A stretch of 64,000 bases of DNA, from assembly GCA_026770705.1 (NCBI GenBank), contig JANJGN010000036.1:992001-1056000 (forward strand), given 5' to 3'. Position numbers and translations under genes: made by a program. The stretch comes from Isurus oxyrinchus (Eukaryota). A model generated the notes under the pieces. The model was given only the letters and a program-made list of their open reading frames with translations, was not told the origin of the DNA and ran no database searches. Shown here in pieces: positions 13,991-27,050 of the stretch (position 1 is its first letter; each line of letters opens with the position of its first letter).

Positions 13991-15297
13991 TACTTTAAAC
14001 TCTACCCAACAGCACTATCAAGGCACCCCGGAAGGGTATTGGTCCCATTCCAGGGTGCGATGGAGGGGGTGTATGAGGAGGCTTCTGTGGAGCAGAACGA
14101 CGAGCATAGAGCAGCGGGGCTGAATGGCATGAGTCTGCTCTGAAATTAATTTGGAATATTGCAAAGCAGAAAGCATGAGCAATGACTGAAAGTGGTTTGC
14201 TGGTGATGTGAATATGGTACATCAATAACACAATAAAGCAACCAGTTAATTATGAAAGGAGAATTCAAATGAACTTTAACAGAGGTGATCTGATAGCGGA
14301 CACCTTCACTACTATAAGCACTAAAACCTCGGCTGGGGACCATTGCTTTTTAAGAGACCTGCTATGACAGGAATCAATGTTATTCACTGAGCAAGCCAAA
14401 TGCCAGACGGAAGGGTGTCTTACTGAACTTTTTTGTCTTGCATTTGAAAACGAAAGAAAACAGCTGGTCCCAGTAGCACCAAATCACAGTAGCACTTTTA
14501 CAATTCTAAAATTAAATGATTTATGGACAGGAAGAAAAAAAAATTACTAGCACACAAGACTGAAATTCCAGTGTTGAAACAGTCTTGCAAAACATTCCCG
14601 CAAAAAAAGACCACTAACTACAACAGTAAACTGCTTGGCAGCAGCTCCCTTATTGATCTGTAACCATAAAAATCCAGTAATATTACACAAGGCAAAAAAC
14701 TGCTGCTACTTCCTTCAAGTACACCAAACTACTTCTCAATCTCTTCCACTCTGTGGTGGAAATCCGATTTATGTTCAGAAACACAGTTCCTCCTGAAAAC
14801 AAGGACCTCTCTCCTTAATTCGGATGGCTGCTTCAAATTTACATTTTTTTCTCAGCACTGAGCTGGTCTAAGGACATCTCCCCTACAAAGTCGTCTCGGC
14901 TCAACCAAATAACCTTCCATAAATAACGTTTTTCCACTTTCATCCTGGACTGCATTGTCATAAACGCCTGTTAGAATTCAACTGTTCGAAAATATATACA
15001 TTTTACATCTCTTTCTATTGCCTCCACTTTCGGGTCAAGTAAAATTTAATAAGATTGCCTTGTTTACTTATGGAATCTTTTAAAGTTGTACAAGTCTCAC
15101 AAACTGCCTTTGAAATTTAAAAGCTAATTGAAGGCCTTACCTATCAACTAATAAAATTGAAGAACAAAACTGATTTTCTTGTTATTCCAAATTCACCATA
15201 GCCTTTCTTTAGAAATGCAAGCATCCAGCTACAATACCTTTCATCTCTCAGTTCCCACAGACAAGCTGTACTTATTAACTTTCCTCGGTTTCATTAC

Positions 15298-15478
15298 NNN
15301 NNNNNNNNNNNNNNNNNNNNNNNNNNNNNNNNNNNNNNNNNNNNNNNNNNNNNNNNNNNNNNNNNNNNNNNNNNNNNNNNNNNNNNNNNNNNNNNNNNNN
15401 NNNNNNNNNNNNNNNNNNNNNNNNNNNNNNNNNNNNNNNNNNNNNNNNNNNNNNNNNNNNNNNNNNNNNNNNNNNNNN
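15298..15478. other. Assembly gap (N run)
   Basis: Run of N. Confidence 1.
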
Positions 15479-15950
15479 ATGATCCCCAAAATATATAACA
15501 ACAACTTCCATCTTCACATATTGAACTCCAGCAGAGGTTCACCATGATACACTGACACAACACAATGAAAAGGATACCAGCTTCAACAGCTTTCTGTTGG
15601 GGAGTGATCCAGATTTGCACTCCACCTTCCACAGAATCTCTTGCTTCAAAACAAACTACACTCACAATAAAGCTCGGACATGTGACTATAAAATTAAACA
15701 CTAACCAAGAGACACTGTGTAAAAGTGAAGTGGAACCAGCACAAGTTTCTTGCATCGCTGTCCCTCTCCTCCTGTGTTCCCGTTCAATAAATGGTGAAAC
15801 ATATGACATCTCAGGCAAAGCATCTCAATCCAGGACTGATGTTGTCAGCTCAACAGAAATTACAGTTTTATTCATATGAAATGCAATGATAATTGAACTA
15901 TTAATCAGCACAAACATATGGTGCATCGTCCTAATTGAGGAGTAATTCAT

Positions 15951-15956
15951 TTTATT
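15951..15956 (-). promoter_or_regulatory. Putative polyadenylation signal (AATAAA) of B1
   Basis: AATAAA on the minus strand about 345 nt past the B1 stop; also present at the homologous position after B2 (~32830). Confidence 0.5.
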
Positions 15957-16299
15957 TACATACAAACATTTATCAAGAAATGTACATCCTGTTAATAACT
16001 GGATTTATAGGATCAGCAGAACAGATCCATGGAAACTAAGGAAAATCCCAAGTCTTTGCTCAATGTTTCCTTCAACATTGAGTTTAACGAGAAGAATGGG
16101 ACATCCTTAAAAACATTCAAAACAACTTTAACATTTAACGAAATGAAACAGTCTTTGAACGTTCTGGCGGGTGCATGGAGAAAGTTTAATTGTTTGATGG
16201 GAGTCTCCTTAGCTGCGTGTTTATTTCCATAAAGCTGTAGGTTCTTTGGCTAATCCAGGCCCCTCCTTATAATTGATCAGAAAGAAACCTTCCGGATTC

Positions 16300-19200
16300 T
16301 CATCTGCCGTCCGTCTTCCTTTTTAATCTTTTGTCCAAGACAGCCAAGTCCAGGGAGGCGTAGAGAGGGCCGTCTTGAGTCTGGGAAACAATTTACACAT
16401 TAACACCAAAAAGCATTTAAAAGACAGGTCAGATTACCCACTCCCACAATTGCGTTTCATGGAACCATAGAATGATTCAACACTGATGAAGGACATTCGG
16501 CCCATTGTGCCACCCTTTTGAAAGAGGTTTGCAATTAGCCCCCTTGTACCTTTATCTGTCTCCATATCGCTGCCATTATTTCCCCCTTCTACTATTTTCT
16601 AATTCCTTCTCGAATGTCCCCATTGAATCTGCTTCCATTTCCTTCTAGATCAACTTGAGGTGATTTTTTTTTTGTTTTATTTGTATGTGTAAGAATTGTC
16701 TGAATTAATGTTTTGTAACAGGAAAGCAGAATTAATAAATCTGTTTAATGTTGTTTGAGGTATAAAATATGAAATGCCCTCCATCCCCACCCACATCACC
16801 CATCTACTTGCAATAGTGGCGACACCAACCTTTATGCCGGTTTAACATTTGATGTGAAAACGGCACCTCAGACGGTGCAGCACTCGCTCTGGGGATTCAG
16901 TCTAGACTTTATGCTCAAGTTTCTGGACACACGCACTCACACAACACCCACACAAACACTGCCACACATACTTTCCAACCAAACTGAATCATTCTTAGCC
17001 CACTTACAACAGAAACACAAATTCAATTCTCTATAAAACTCCCTTGACTTTGGCATTATCTACATTGCAATTCCATTGGCTAATGTATTTATAAATTGGT
17101 TTGGTCGGGGGAAGAAGAATGGTGGGAAATTTTCGGGTGGGGGAATGAGACACAGTGTGGGGATAAAAGAAAATAGCATAACGCTAAAATGAAAACTGTT
17201 GCCAATCCACAGCTAAGTCTGACAGAGGCATTCTACCTGGAACATCACACTATCCTTTCTAGTGTCAGATGGGGAGAGGGACTGTGGAGAATTTTCTGAT
17301 TTTAGTTAAAAGAAGAATGGGATTTGATACAAATTCAGAAGCTCTATACTGTGCCCTGGTCTCTGATAACAGCGAGAAATATCTAGCATTGGAACCATTG
17401 CAGCTTATCCCAAAAACGAATTTTTTGTATATTGTTACATCAGATTCAAAAAACTCACCTGTATTGCATCCCGATGTGTCTGCTTTGCCTCTGCTTGACG
17501 GTGGTCATCTGTGTCGTTAATGGTCAAGATATGAATTTCAACGTTATCCTAGTCTGTTCAATACATAATTAAATACAGATACACTGTTCGCCAATGACCC
17601 ACCAATTTACCAATGGCCCCAATACTCCAATTGGCCCCATATGTCACTGGGCCCCCATTCCATGCAATATCCCCCAAAGCGAGAAAAGTGTCTCAATACT
17701 TCAGTGGGGTGAATTTCGCCAATGGATGAACAAGAACTATCTACCCCAGTGCCTGGCGTCTATTGTCCATCTGGTATATTACTGTCATTAATAACCAGTA
17801 ATTGGAATTTTATATGTTTCTCACAGATAGAGTGATTGTAGAGCATTTTCATAGCAGGAAATGCTCCTATGCATCTTCCAATTCCGCTCACTTGAATTTT
17901 AACTGGTGCCAACATTTTAATGCAACTTACCCGTTTGTCGCTCATTCCGGACCTGTCTTTGCCTTCTCTCTCTCAAACTAAAACTGGATTCGAACAAAAA
18001 TATCAAACACATGTTATGTCCTTTAAATCCTGGCTCAGGTGCCAGTAATACTTGAGAAGAGAATTGTAGAGCGGTCTTAGAATCAACCTTAAAAGATCAT
18101 GGGAAATGTTAGCATATATCATTGGAATCAGTGTTGGAGCTGAACCGGATTAGAGACAGTGCTAAATATAGACATGGTGTTCGGGATGACGTTTGAAAAT
18201 GCTTCATTTACTCACTTTTCATTTTGGGATCCCTTGTCTCGTCCGTCTGAAAGCAGAAAATGTAATCAGCAATTATCAACTAAAAGAAGGAAATCAGATA
18301 AGGGAAACATTTTTTCAAATATCACCAATAAATATTGATCCTCACCTGATCTGCCGCTTTTATGAATCCAAATGGAAATAAGGAGCAAGAGTATAACCAG
18401 TATCACCAGGACAGGTATGAGAACAGGACGGGCCAGATTGCACCATTCTACAGAGACAAAACACTTAGAAACTCATGCTTGGTCAAATCATCCTTTTCTG
18501 GGATTCTCTGCTGGGAAACGTGACCCAAAGGGAAGCCCAGAATCAGTCCATTCGGACGATCATGCCAGTATAGGATCTTTGAAAGGTGTATCTAATTATT
18601 CCTAGTCTCCCTGTTCTTCCCATCAAATTTCCATCCACCGCCCTGTCAGGCAGCGCCTTCCAGGTCAGAGCAACTCGCTGTGTAATAAAACAAATCTTAT
18701 CATGCCCTGCTCTGGATCATTTACTGATTATCTTCAATCTGTGTCCCTCTCATCACCGACACAATGGCCAGCAGTTTATTTTGTGCTTATGCACGACATC
18801 GAGACCCCGAATGATTTTGAGTGCCTCCATGAAATCTCCCCCTTAAACCTTCTCTGCTCTAAGGAGAACAATCCTCTCTATTGCAGTGTCTCGAAATTAA
18901 CTGAAGTCCCTCATCCCTGGTGGTATTATGCCAAATCTCATCTCCCCACATCATTCCCCACGCCCTCCCACAACACCACAAGGCACCCTTGGTTGTTTCC
19001 TGCTTGTCAAAGGCATTCGGTGTCGAAGTGACCTCAAATCCATTCCAAGATTCAATGCCTGTAAAGGGAGGTGGAAGTACGTTCAACAATAACTTTTATA
19101 AGGGAAATCATATTCTATTTTGAAGGAAAAAAATGTGATAGTCCTATGGGGAAAGAATGGGTCCAATGGGATAACTCTTACAAAGATATAGCACAGGCAA

Positions 19201-20662
19201 GATGGGTCGAAATCCCTCTTTTCACAGCTAATGTTCTAGCATTCTACGATGTGATGGAGAAATATAAGACAAATCCGGGAATTGTTTACAAGGACAAGTC
19301 TACACCTGGTTCCAATGTAACTCTAACTTATTTTAACNNNNNNNNNNNNNNNNNNNNNNNNNNNNNNNNNNNNNNNNNNNNNNNNNNNNNNNNNNNNNNN
19401 NNNNNNNNNNNNNNNNNNNNNNNNNNNNNNNNNNNNNNNNNNNNNNNNNNNNNNNNNNNNNNNNNNNNNNNNNNNNNNNNNNNNNNNNNNNNNNNNNNNN
19501 NNNNNNCATGGATTATTCCAAATTACTACAAAGTCGAATAAAAGCCTGCATTGTACTGAGCAGAAATCACCTGTCCCTTTCTCTGCTGCTTCGGGAATCG
19601 ACACGCTCTTTGTCCAATATTTGCCTGTAGACCCCAGTTGAACAATACAGGTGCAGAGACCGCCGCGTTTCCAGATTTCCCTCGGCACCAAGACGTGACT
19701 TCTGATGCTGTAGGTCCCTTCCGCCTCCATTGTACCACGATCGCTTTGTCCCTCGGTGAACAGTCCGGAAATATTCCAGAAAATAACAATCTGGTTGTAA
19801 GGAACTCCACTGACCAAACACACTAAGGGGACAGTTTCATTGAAATGCAGCTCACCCCACGGGAGAAACACCAGCACAGCCGTATTGTTGGTGGAACTGT
19901 CTGGACAGAGATTGAAACAGAGTTAACGATTGATTTACACCAAATAATAATGCTGTGCATGATCTCAATTCATTTCACTTGCTCTCTTACCTGCAACCAA
20001 TAGTGTCGGTCCATTCTGGAGCCCTGCATAGCCATCTGTACGAGCACAGTAGTAGGATCCCGAGTCATTCACCTGGACATCGCGAATTTCTAGAATCAAC
20101 AGATTTTCGCTGCTGCCTTTTTTGGAAATAAACTTACAATTGTCCCCCTGACAGGGCTGAATGTCGATTTGTTTCGGGGCTTCACCCAGACGTTGTTTGC
20201 ACCAGATAACGTTCGACAGGAATGTCACTTTGGCAAAGTATTGACAGGTTAATTCCACTGTCTCTCCAACTTCAGCTGTCATTATGAAGGGACTCTGAGG
20301 CAGAGAGGGTTTGGATTCTGTAACTAGAGAGGTTATTCTTTCATAATTACTGGTCATTGAGAGATAGGAAGCAGTCGCTTCGAAAGACATAGCCTGTAAT
20401 TTAAGTAGAATCACAACATTGACCTCAGTCAGTCTTGGTCAGATTAATTCTCCAATATATTTTTTTTTCGACTTATAGGAGCAAACTGTAAATAAGTTCA
20501 AATGATCAAGTCAAAACCCTTGACCTGATCACTGGGTCGCGTTTTCAACTAGTAGAAACTGATTCTGTTTGATTTCAAATTAATATTATCACCCACCATT
20601 CACTCACCGTAAATACGCAGCACTTGGAAAATTAGAATCAGCGATAAGAATGCCTTGGCCAT
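16300..20662 (-). CDS. Type-B non-rearranging VJ-C1-TM Ig-superfamily receptor with ITIM-like tail, copy B1 (intact, 342 aa)
   Basis: Eight phase-compatible GT-AG exons totalling 1029 nt: leader 20662-20608 (MAKAFLSLILIFQVLRIY), V 20317-19991, C1 19900-19571, TM 18447-18346 (EWCNLARPVLIPVLVILVILLLLISIWIHKSGRS), 18246-18216, 17983-17931, 17508-17459, last 16380-16300 (TQDGPLYASLDLAVLDKRLKRKTDGR*). The same exon set is conserved in paralog B2. Confidence 0.88.
19338..19506. other. Assembly gap (N run) in the B1 C1-TM intron
   Basis: Run of N. The homologous B2 intron shows no exon at this position. Confidence 1.
19571..19900 (-). CDS. B1 C1-set Ig constant-domain exon
   Basis: VPLVCLVSGVPYNQIVIFWNISG...EGTYSIRSHVLVPREIWKRGGLCTCIVQ; C1-set pattern. 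Confidence 0.9.
19991..20317 (-). CDS. B1 VJ-type Ig variable-domain exon
   Basis: VGETVELTC...IWCKQRLGEAPK...LEIRDVQVNDSGSYYCAR...LQNGPTLLV; phase-1 exon with the J-like G strand included. Confidence 0.92.
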
Positions 20663-22939
20663 GTTGACGCAGCGATATCTCCCTGCTTTCGCTCTCACCA
20701 GTTTGTTTCTGCAGGTGGAGTGGTGGCAGGCTGACCTGAGCTCAGTCCCAGTCAGTTTCTTCCCTTTCAGTTGCGGTGGAAGCTATGATGTGCTGTACTG
20801 TGAAAAGTATGATAATATTTTGAGTGCGCTGTCCTGGTGAATGTCACATGCGTTTTACTAACTGTGGCCACCGTCTGAGCGTCACAGCGGTCAAGTGGCA
20901 GAGTGTTTACAAAGAACTTTACTGGGTTGTTTGTCGCGGGAAAGGGAGGCGGGTAGGGCCTGGGTCATAGAATACTAATTGTATTGAGAGATGCTGAATA
21001 TTGTAATAAAAGGTTAATGAATCCTGGGCATGTCAGAGCCTTTGGCAAGACAAGCATATATTAACCATCCCTAATGGACTCTTGAGGTGGTGATGTTCAG
21101 CTTTCCGAATTGGTGCAGTCCATGTGGTGTAGGTATACCCACCGTCCTTTTTGGTAGGGAGTTCCAAGAGTTTTGAAACAGTGACAGTGACGGGATAGCG
21201 GTTCTTTTCAAACCAGGGTGGTGAGTGGTTTGCAGGGCAACTTGCAGTTGGTCGTGTTTCCATGTATGTGCTGCCGTTGTACTTAAGCTTGGAGAGGTCG
21301 CAGTTGGGGAAGGCGAATGCCAGGAATTCAGAGAGTTATGTCATTGTGCTCAATATAACCTATTCTATAAACAGTTTGCACACGATTCATGATAATACCT
21401 GGTTAAGAGAGAGAGAGTGGAAAATATTCGGTAAAATGTATCGGAATGGATTTGAACTTTAATTACGAATGTCTCATTCTCTTTTCCATAAATTACGCAG
21501 AACAAGCACGAACACTCACTGCACTTACAGAGAATGTAATTGAACGAATCTCTTTCGAATTCAGTCCACTCCTTACAGTTTCCATGCATCGTCCTCCTTT
21601 CTGTTAAGTCTCATTGAGTAGGGTTTCGAGTGACTTATTCTATAATATAAAACCCCATTGGTGATTGACCTGAATTCAGTGTTCTGAGTTCATTGCAGTG
21701 TGCTATTTAACAATTATTTGATTGATTGACCCCATGAAGTGAGTTTCAAACAATAATACATGTTGCACTTTGTATTGTGCTTTAAGCATGTTTACAGCAG
21801 TTCAACGGAAAATTCATAGCACAGTTTTCACTTTGAAATAGCTAAGCTCCTTTGATGTTACAATTTACAGTTACATATAATTGGCAGCACAGAAAAAGGC
21901 CATTCGAATGGACTGCTCATGCCCGTGTTTATGCTCTGCACGAGACTCCTCCCACCCCTCTTCATCACAGCCCAACAGCATATTCTTCTATTCATTTCTC
22001 CCTCATGTTTTATCCAGCTTCCCAATTAAATGCAAATCTGCAATCGACTCAACTACACCCTGCGGGAATGGAATCCGCATTCTCCCCAAAGTCCGGGTAA
22101 AGAAATTGCTCCTGAACTCCAGGTTGGATTTATCTCATATTAATGACCCCATTACAGAGGACCATAGGAACACAGGTCTAGGCCATTTGGCCCTTCGAGG
22201 CTTCTCCACCATTCGATCAAATCAGTTCTGATCTGGTAGGGTTCTCGACTCTACTTCCCTGTCTGCCACAAATAGGCCTTGAATCCCTTGCAGAGCAAAA
22301 ATCTGTCTGATGCGGCCTTGAATAAATTCAAAGTCCCAGCCGCGATTACTTTCTGGGGAACGGATTTCCACACACCAACGACCCTTTGGGTCAAAAAACT
22401 CTTTTTCGCTGTGCCTTAAAATGGAGACCTTTTTTTTGATCCATGCCACGAGCTTTGTCCACAACAGGAAACATCCTCCGGGTATCCACCCTATCAGGAC
22501 CCCTCAGGAACTTAAATGTTCAAATAACATCACCTTTCATTCCTTTAAACCCCAAGTGGCATTCCTGGATTCTCCAGAATTCGCGATTGGATTTATTAAT
22601 ATTGTGGAAATGGTGCGAAGTCGAGTCACCTTCATTAAGTCTGCCTAAATAAAGCATTATATAATTTTAAAGATCACGACCAGGTCACCCATCAGTATTC
22701 CCCTTTTTTAAGAAAATAGCCCCAACCGGTTCATTCTTTCTTAATAGTTATAAGCTCTCAGTTCTGATATCACCCTTGTGAAATATTAACTGAACCATTT
22801 TCAGTATTTCTGTATCCTTTCTACAGAATGCAGAACCGTGTTCTGTACTCCAATTGTGGTCTAACTGATGTGAATACATACCAGGTGTACTTTACAAAAC
22901 AGATGATGAGTGTGTGACAGCAGTTCGACCAGTAATAAA

Positions 22940-22960
22940 CAGGAAAACCACAGACAGCTG
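22940..22960 (+). promoter_or_regulatory. ETS-RUNX-E-box composite motif upstream of A2
   Basis: CAGGAA-AACCACA-GA-CAGCTG about 185 bp upstream of the ATG. The ETS-RUNX part is conserved at 42600 (A3); a related CAGGAAACCCACA is at ~7456 (C1). Confidence 0.45.
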
Positions 22961-25539
22961 TCTACTTCGGCAATATTTTCCAACCCCTATCGTGTATCTA
23001 TGAATAAACATAGAATACCATTAGTTCTGCATATTTCACACCTCCTACACAGCGGGAGAATGAGAACGAGTTCTGAGTGAGGTTGGGCTCAGGGGCTTAG
23101 AGTCTGACCATCTGAAGACCCGGACAATGTTCTTCCTCCATGTGTGTGCATTGTCCCATCTCTTCCGGGGTAAGATATCCTAACATGTTCAGATAGAGTA
23201 GAGAAGGGTTGGAATAGAGTAAATAAGGAGAAACTGTTTCCACTGGCTGGAGGCCTGGTAAACAGGGGGATGCAGTAACAGTGGTGGGTGGTGGGGGGGG
23301 GGGGGGGGGGGGGGGTGGGGTGGGTGGGGTGAGGGGTTGCGGGGAGGTCGTGGTGGTGCCGGGGGTTGGCGACAAGATTCTTCTTAACTAAGCGAGTTGT
23401 TGTTATCTGGAAGGCTCTGCCTGAAAAGGCGATAGAAGCAGATTCAATAGGAACTTTGAAAAGGGAAATTGGATTAATAATCGAAAGGGAAACATTTTCG
23501 GGGATATGCAGGATGGAGCGGGGCAAATAATGGTGGATAACTGATTAGATCTCTCAAAGTCCCAGCATTCTGAATGGCCGAATGGCATCCCCCTACACTG
23601 CGCTGGTCTATGAGATGCAATTCAGTTATCAGGATCGAAGTAAAAATAGGGTGAATATATTCAACAACGTGGGAACTGCATCCGTCAGGAACAATGAATG
23701 GGATTAAACTGAAATATAACCTCTACCGGAATAAAAGGTTTGAGTTGGCTCCATCGATTATATCGGCGATTGAGAAGAGGACAGAGTTTCAAGTGGATCA
23801 TTAGAGTGAGTTAGAATCTCTGGATCAGAATAACATGTCCAAAATTAGCGGAGAAGCACAGGAAACGATGGGAGAATGAGAGAAAAATATATAACAATTC
23901 GAAAATGTAGATTTGAAGCATCTCTTTGAAATTATTAACTTCACACAGTTCCGATTTGTGTCTCCCAGTGATTAATCTAGAGTTACTGCTATATGGAGTC
24001 GTACTGTGCCCTTGGAAAGACAGGAGTAGAACGGCACAACCAATTGTGCGCAATTTTTTGATATGAACTTTATATGTTTCAATGATTATGTTTCGTCCCT
24101 ATCGACGTGCATTCGCCGGAGAGAGCCTTCAGGAGAGAGAGTGTGTGGGTGTATGTGACGGGCTGCACCATAACCTGAGAATACTCTTGTTTTTTCTCCC
24201 TTGCTGAGTTATAGTGTCTCAGACTGTCCTGTCCCAGTCTCCACTTGTTCAGACAATCCCTGCGGGGATTTGCGCTAAACAGAGCTGTCGCATGGAGAGT
24301 CAATAGCTGGGTCATCTACTGGTACAGACAGTGGGAGTGAAACAACATGAACCTGATTCATATAGCGAGCAAGTGTCTCCCAGCAGAGTGAGGGGGGGGG
24401 GGGGGGGGTGGGGGGTACTGGTGGGGTGGATTTCCAGAGAGATTTCTGACAAAGCGGGTATTTATTCATTGCTCATTGCAGATACCCGGAGAGATGATTA
24501 TGGAACATATTACTGTGCAGTCTGCAATTCCCAGAACATGGCCTGAATATTCGGAAATGGCTCCCAGTTAGTTATTGCAGGTAAATGTTATCATTATTCC
24601 ATCGAATTGAGCATTTCTGCAGCAATTAAAGGTGTCTAAGCTGAACTGTTAATGGGGTTTCTGTTTCATTTGCCGAATTTAGAGGGCTCCCCGACCATAT
24701 TCCTCCTCACCCCGCCGGAGAATGAGATTCCTTCGATGGAAAGGATCCCGTTGTTGTGGTTGATCAGAGGCTTGTCCCTGAATTCCTGGCCCGTCCACTG
24801 GAAAATTTCCGGGTGGGATACCGAAGGAAAGACCAACTCCGGGACAATTGAGACAGACGGGACCTGCACCATCAGGATTTACACGAGCCTCGGTGGAAAC
24901 TTGGGGAATTGGCGTTTTCTGTACTTGCACCGTTCAAATCTACTCCAGTGAAAATCTTCTCAGTGCAAGTGTCTCATCTCAAAGAGGTAGCTGCTAACAG
25001 TGACCGTTTACCAATCTATTTAATGCAGATGGGAGGCTTTGTCAACTTGGTAAATTAGAATTGTACATCTTTCCGTGTGTGTCCATGTATCATAATTTTA
25101 TGATTGGCCTATCACAGATCTCTCCATCTTTCAGTGTTCAGCTTTCTGAAATTCTAACTCCATGTGTTGTCTCCAAATCAGAGAGTTATGGATGCTCTGT
25201 TACTGAGGTAGAGTTTTGTGCACTAATGGAATAAGGGATGTGGACAGGGCAGGATAGTGCATTTAATGTATAAGAGTAACGGTGGTCTTATTGAATGGCG
25301 GATCTTCTTGGGTCTCCTGCTCTTATTTCTTATGTTCTTCTGTCTGGCTACGCATATTGACATTGTTCCTTGGCACTGGCTGATTTTTCAGTGTGCAAAA
25401 TTGAAAGGTGTGATTACATTCCCAATGTTGAACTTTGTCTCACCATGCCTGTGTACAATTATCTGTTGATATCTCTTTCTGCTTAACATTCACAATATTT
25501 CTGTCTGTCTTGGTTAAACAGTGATGTATAAGATATCTT

Positions 25540-27050
25540 CTCTATCTGCGTATCTGTCTGTTTATCTGTCTATCCATTTCTCTTGTTCTGTATCAATCAA
25601 TCCATTCCTGTCCTCGTGCAGTTTTAGAAAGCTGATATATATGTTTGTCTGACAGTCACTCCCTCTCTCCCCGTCTCTGAAACCCTCTCTACAACTCCCC
25701 AGCTCTGTCTCCCCGTGTCCCTCTCGCTGTTTGTGTATTCACTTTCTGTCTGTCTTGCGCTCTGTCTTTATCTATTGATACATGTATTGATCTCTCTATC
25801 TATCTCACCCTACCTCTGTTTATCCTGTCTATTTTTATCCTAGTTACATGATGTGTTATAAGAAATCTGGGACATTCATTTCTCTTCCTATCTGTCAATG
25901 TCTCGCCATCTCTCCCTCTCATTTTCTCTCTTTTGCTCTCTGTTTCTATCACGCTCTCTCTCTATCCTTTTTCATCAAGTTAATCAGTTCTGTATAAGTT
26001 ATATGCCCTATGTATCACACCCTCTTCCTCTCCCTATCTCTATCTGTCTAATTATCTCTCCATCCATCTCTCCATGCATCTCTTTGCTCTGCTTGTCCCA
26101 CTCACCTAATCTCCCGGTCTCGCTCGCCCACTCTCTTCTCATCTCTCCCTCTCCCTCTCTCCAACTCTCCCTTCCTTCCTCTCTCCCCTATCTCCCCATT
26201 CTTCCTCTCTCCTCCACTCTATCTATCTCTCTTGTTCTCCCTCTCTCCCCCTCTCTCCATCGATCCCTCTCCCCCTCTCTCCCTAAATCTGCCTCTCTCG
26301 AATTCCCCCTCTTTTCCATACTACCATCTCTCCCCCTTCCTCTATCTTCAAATGTCTCCCTCTCTATCTCTCCCTCTCCCCCTATATCTCCCTTTTCTCA
26401 TCTCTCCCCAAGTCTCCCTCTCTCCACCATCTTTCACTTTCTGCAACTTCTCTCCCCCTCTCCGCATCTCTCTCCTCTCCCTCTCTAATCCTCTTTCCCT
26501 TGTTTACCCTCGCTTCCACTCTCACCTCTCTCCCCCGCTTCAACTATTTCCCTCAGAGTCTCAATCGTAGTTAAATAGTTTTCTCTAAGTGATCTGCTCT
26601 CTCGATCGCTCTGTCCATCTCTCCCTTGCTTAACATTTCTTTGCTTTAAAAATAGTGATCTGTATACCTCACCCCATCATTCTCCCTATATCTCTCTTTC
26701 GTCATTTCTCTATGTTTGTCCCATTAAAATAGTGTTCTAGAAGATCGCAGCTCTCTCTCTCTCTCGCTTTCTCACGCTCTATTTCATTCTCCATAAACAG
26801 TTCTGTTTCCTGCTCTCTATCACTGTCTCTCTCTCTCTCAGTGTCCTATTCTAACTGTGTTTTTAAAAATCTCTGCTCCTCCGCTCTCGTTATCATTCGC
26901 CCTCTCTCTCTCACTCTCCCTCTACCTCTCTCTATATATTTCTGTCTTGTTTAAACTGTATAAGATCTCAGCTCTCTCTTGCCATCCATCTCTCTATCTC
27001 TTTCTAACTCTTCTCCTTCTTTCTATTTCTTCCTACTTCTGTTCTGTTTC
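25540..27050. repeat. CT-rich polypyrimidine tract in the C1-TM intron of A2
   Basis: Long degenerate (CT)n/(CCTCT)n sequence. Confidence 0.88.

Noticed and set aside
15179-15818. ORFs spanning N runs (also 19071-19541)
   Set aside because: Artefacts of assembly gaps.
25898-26570. Long Leu/Ser/Pro-rich ORFs (also 45594-46217 and 1106-1886)
   Set aside because: They are translations of stop-poor CT-rich intronic low-complexity DNA.
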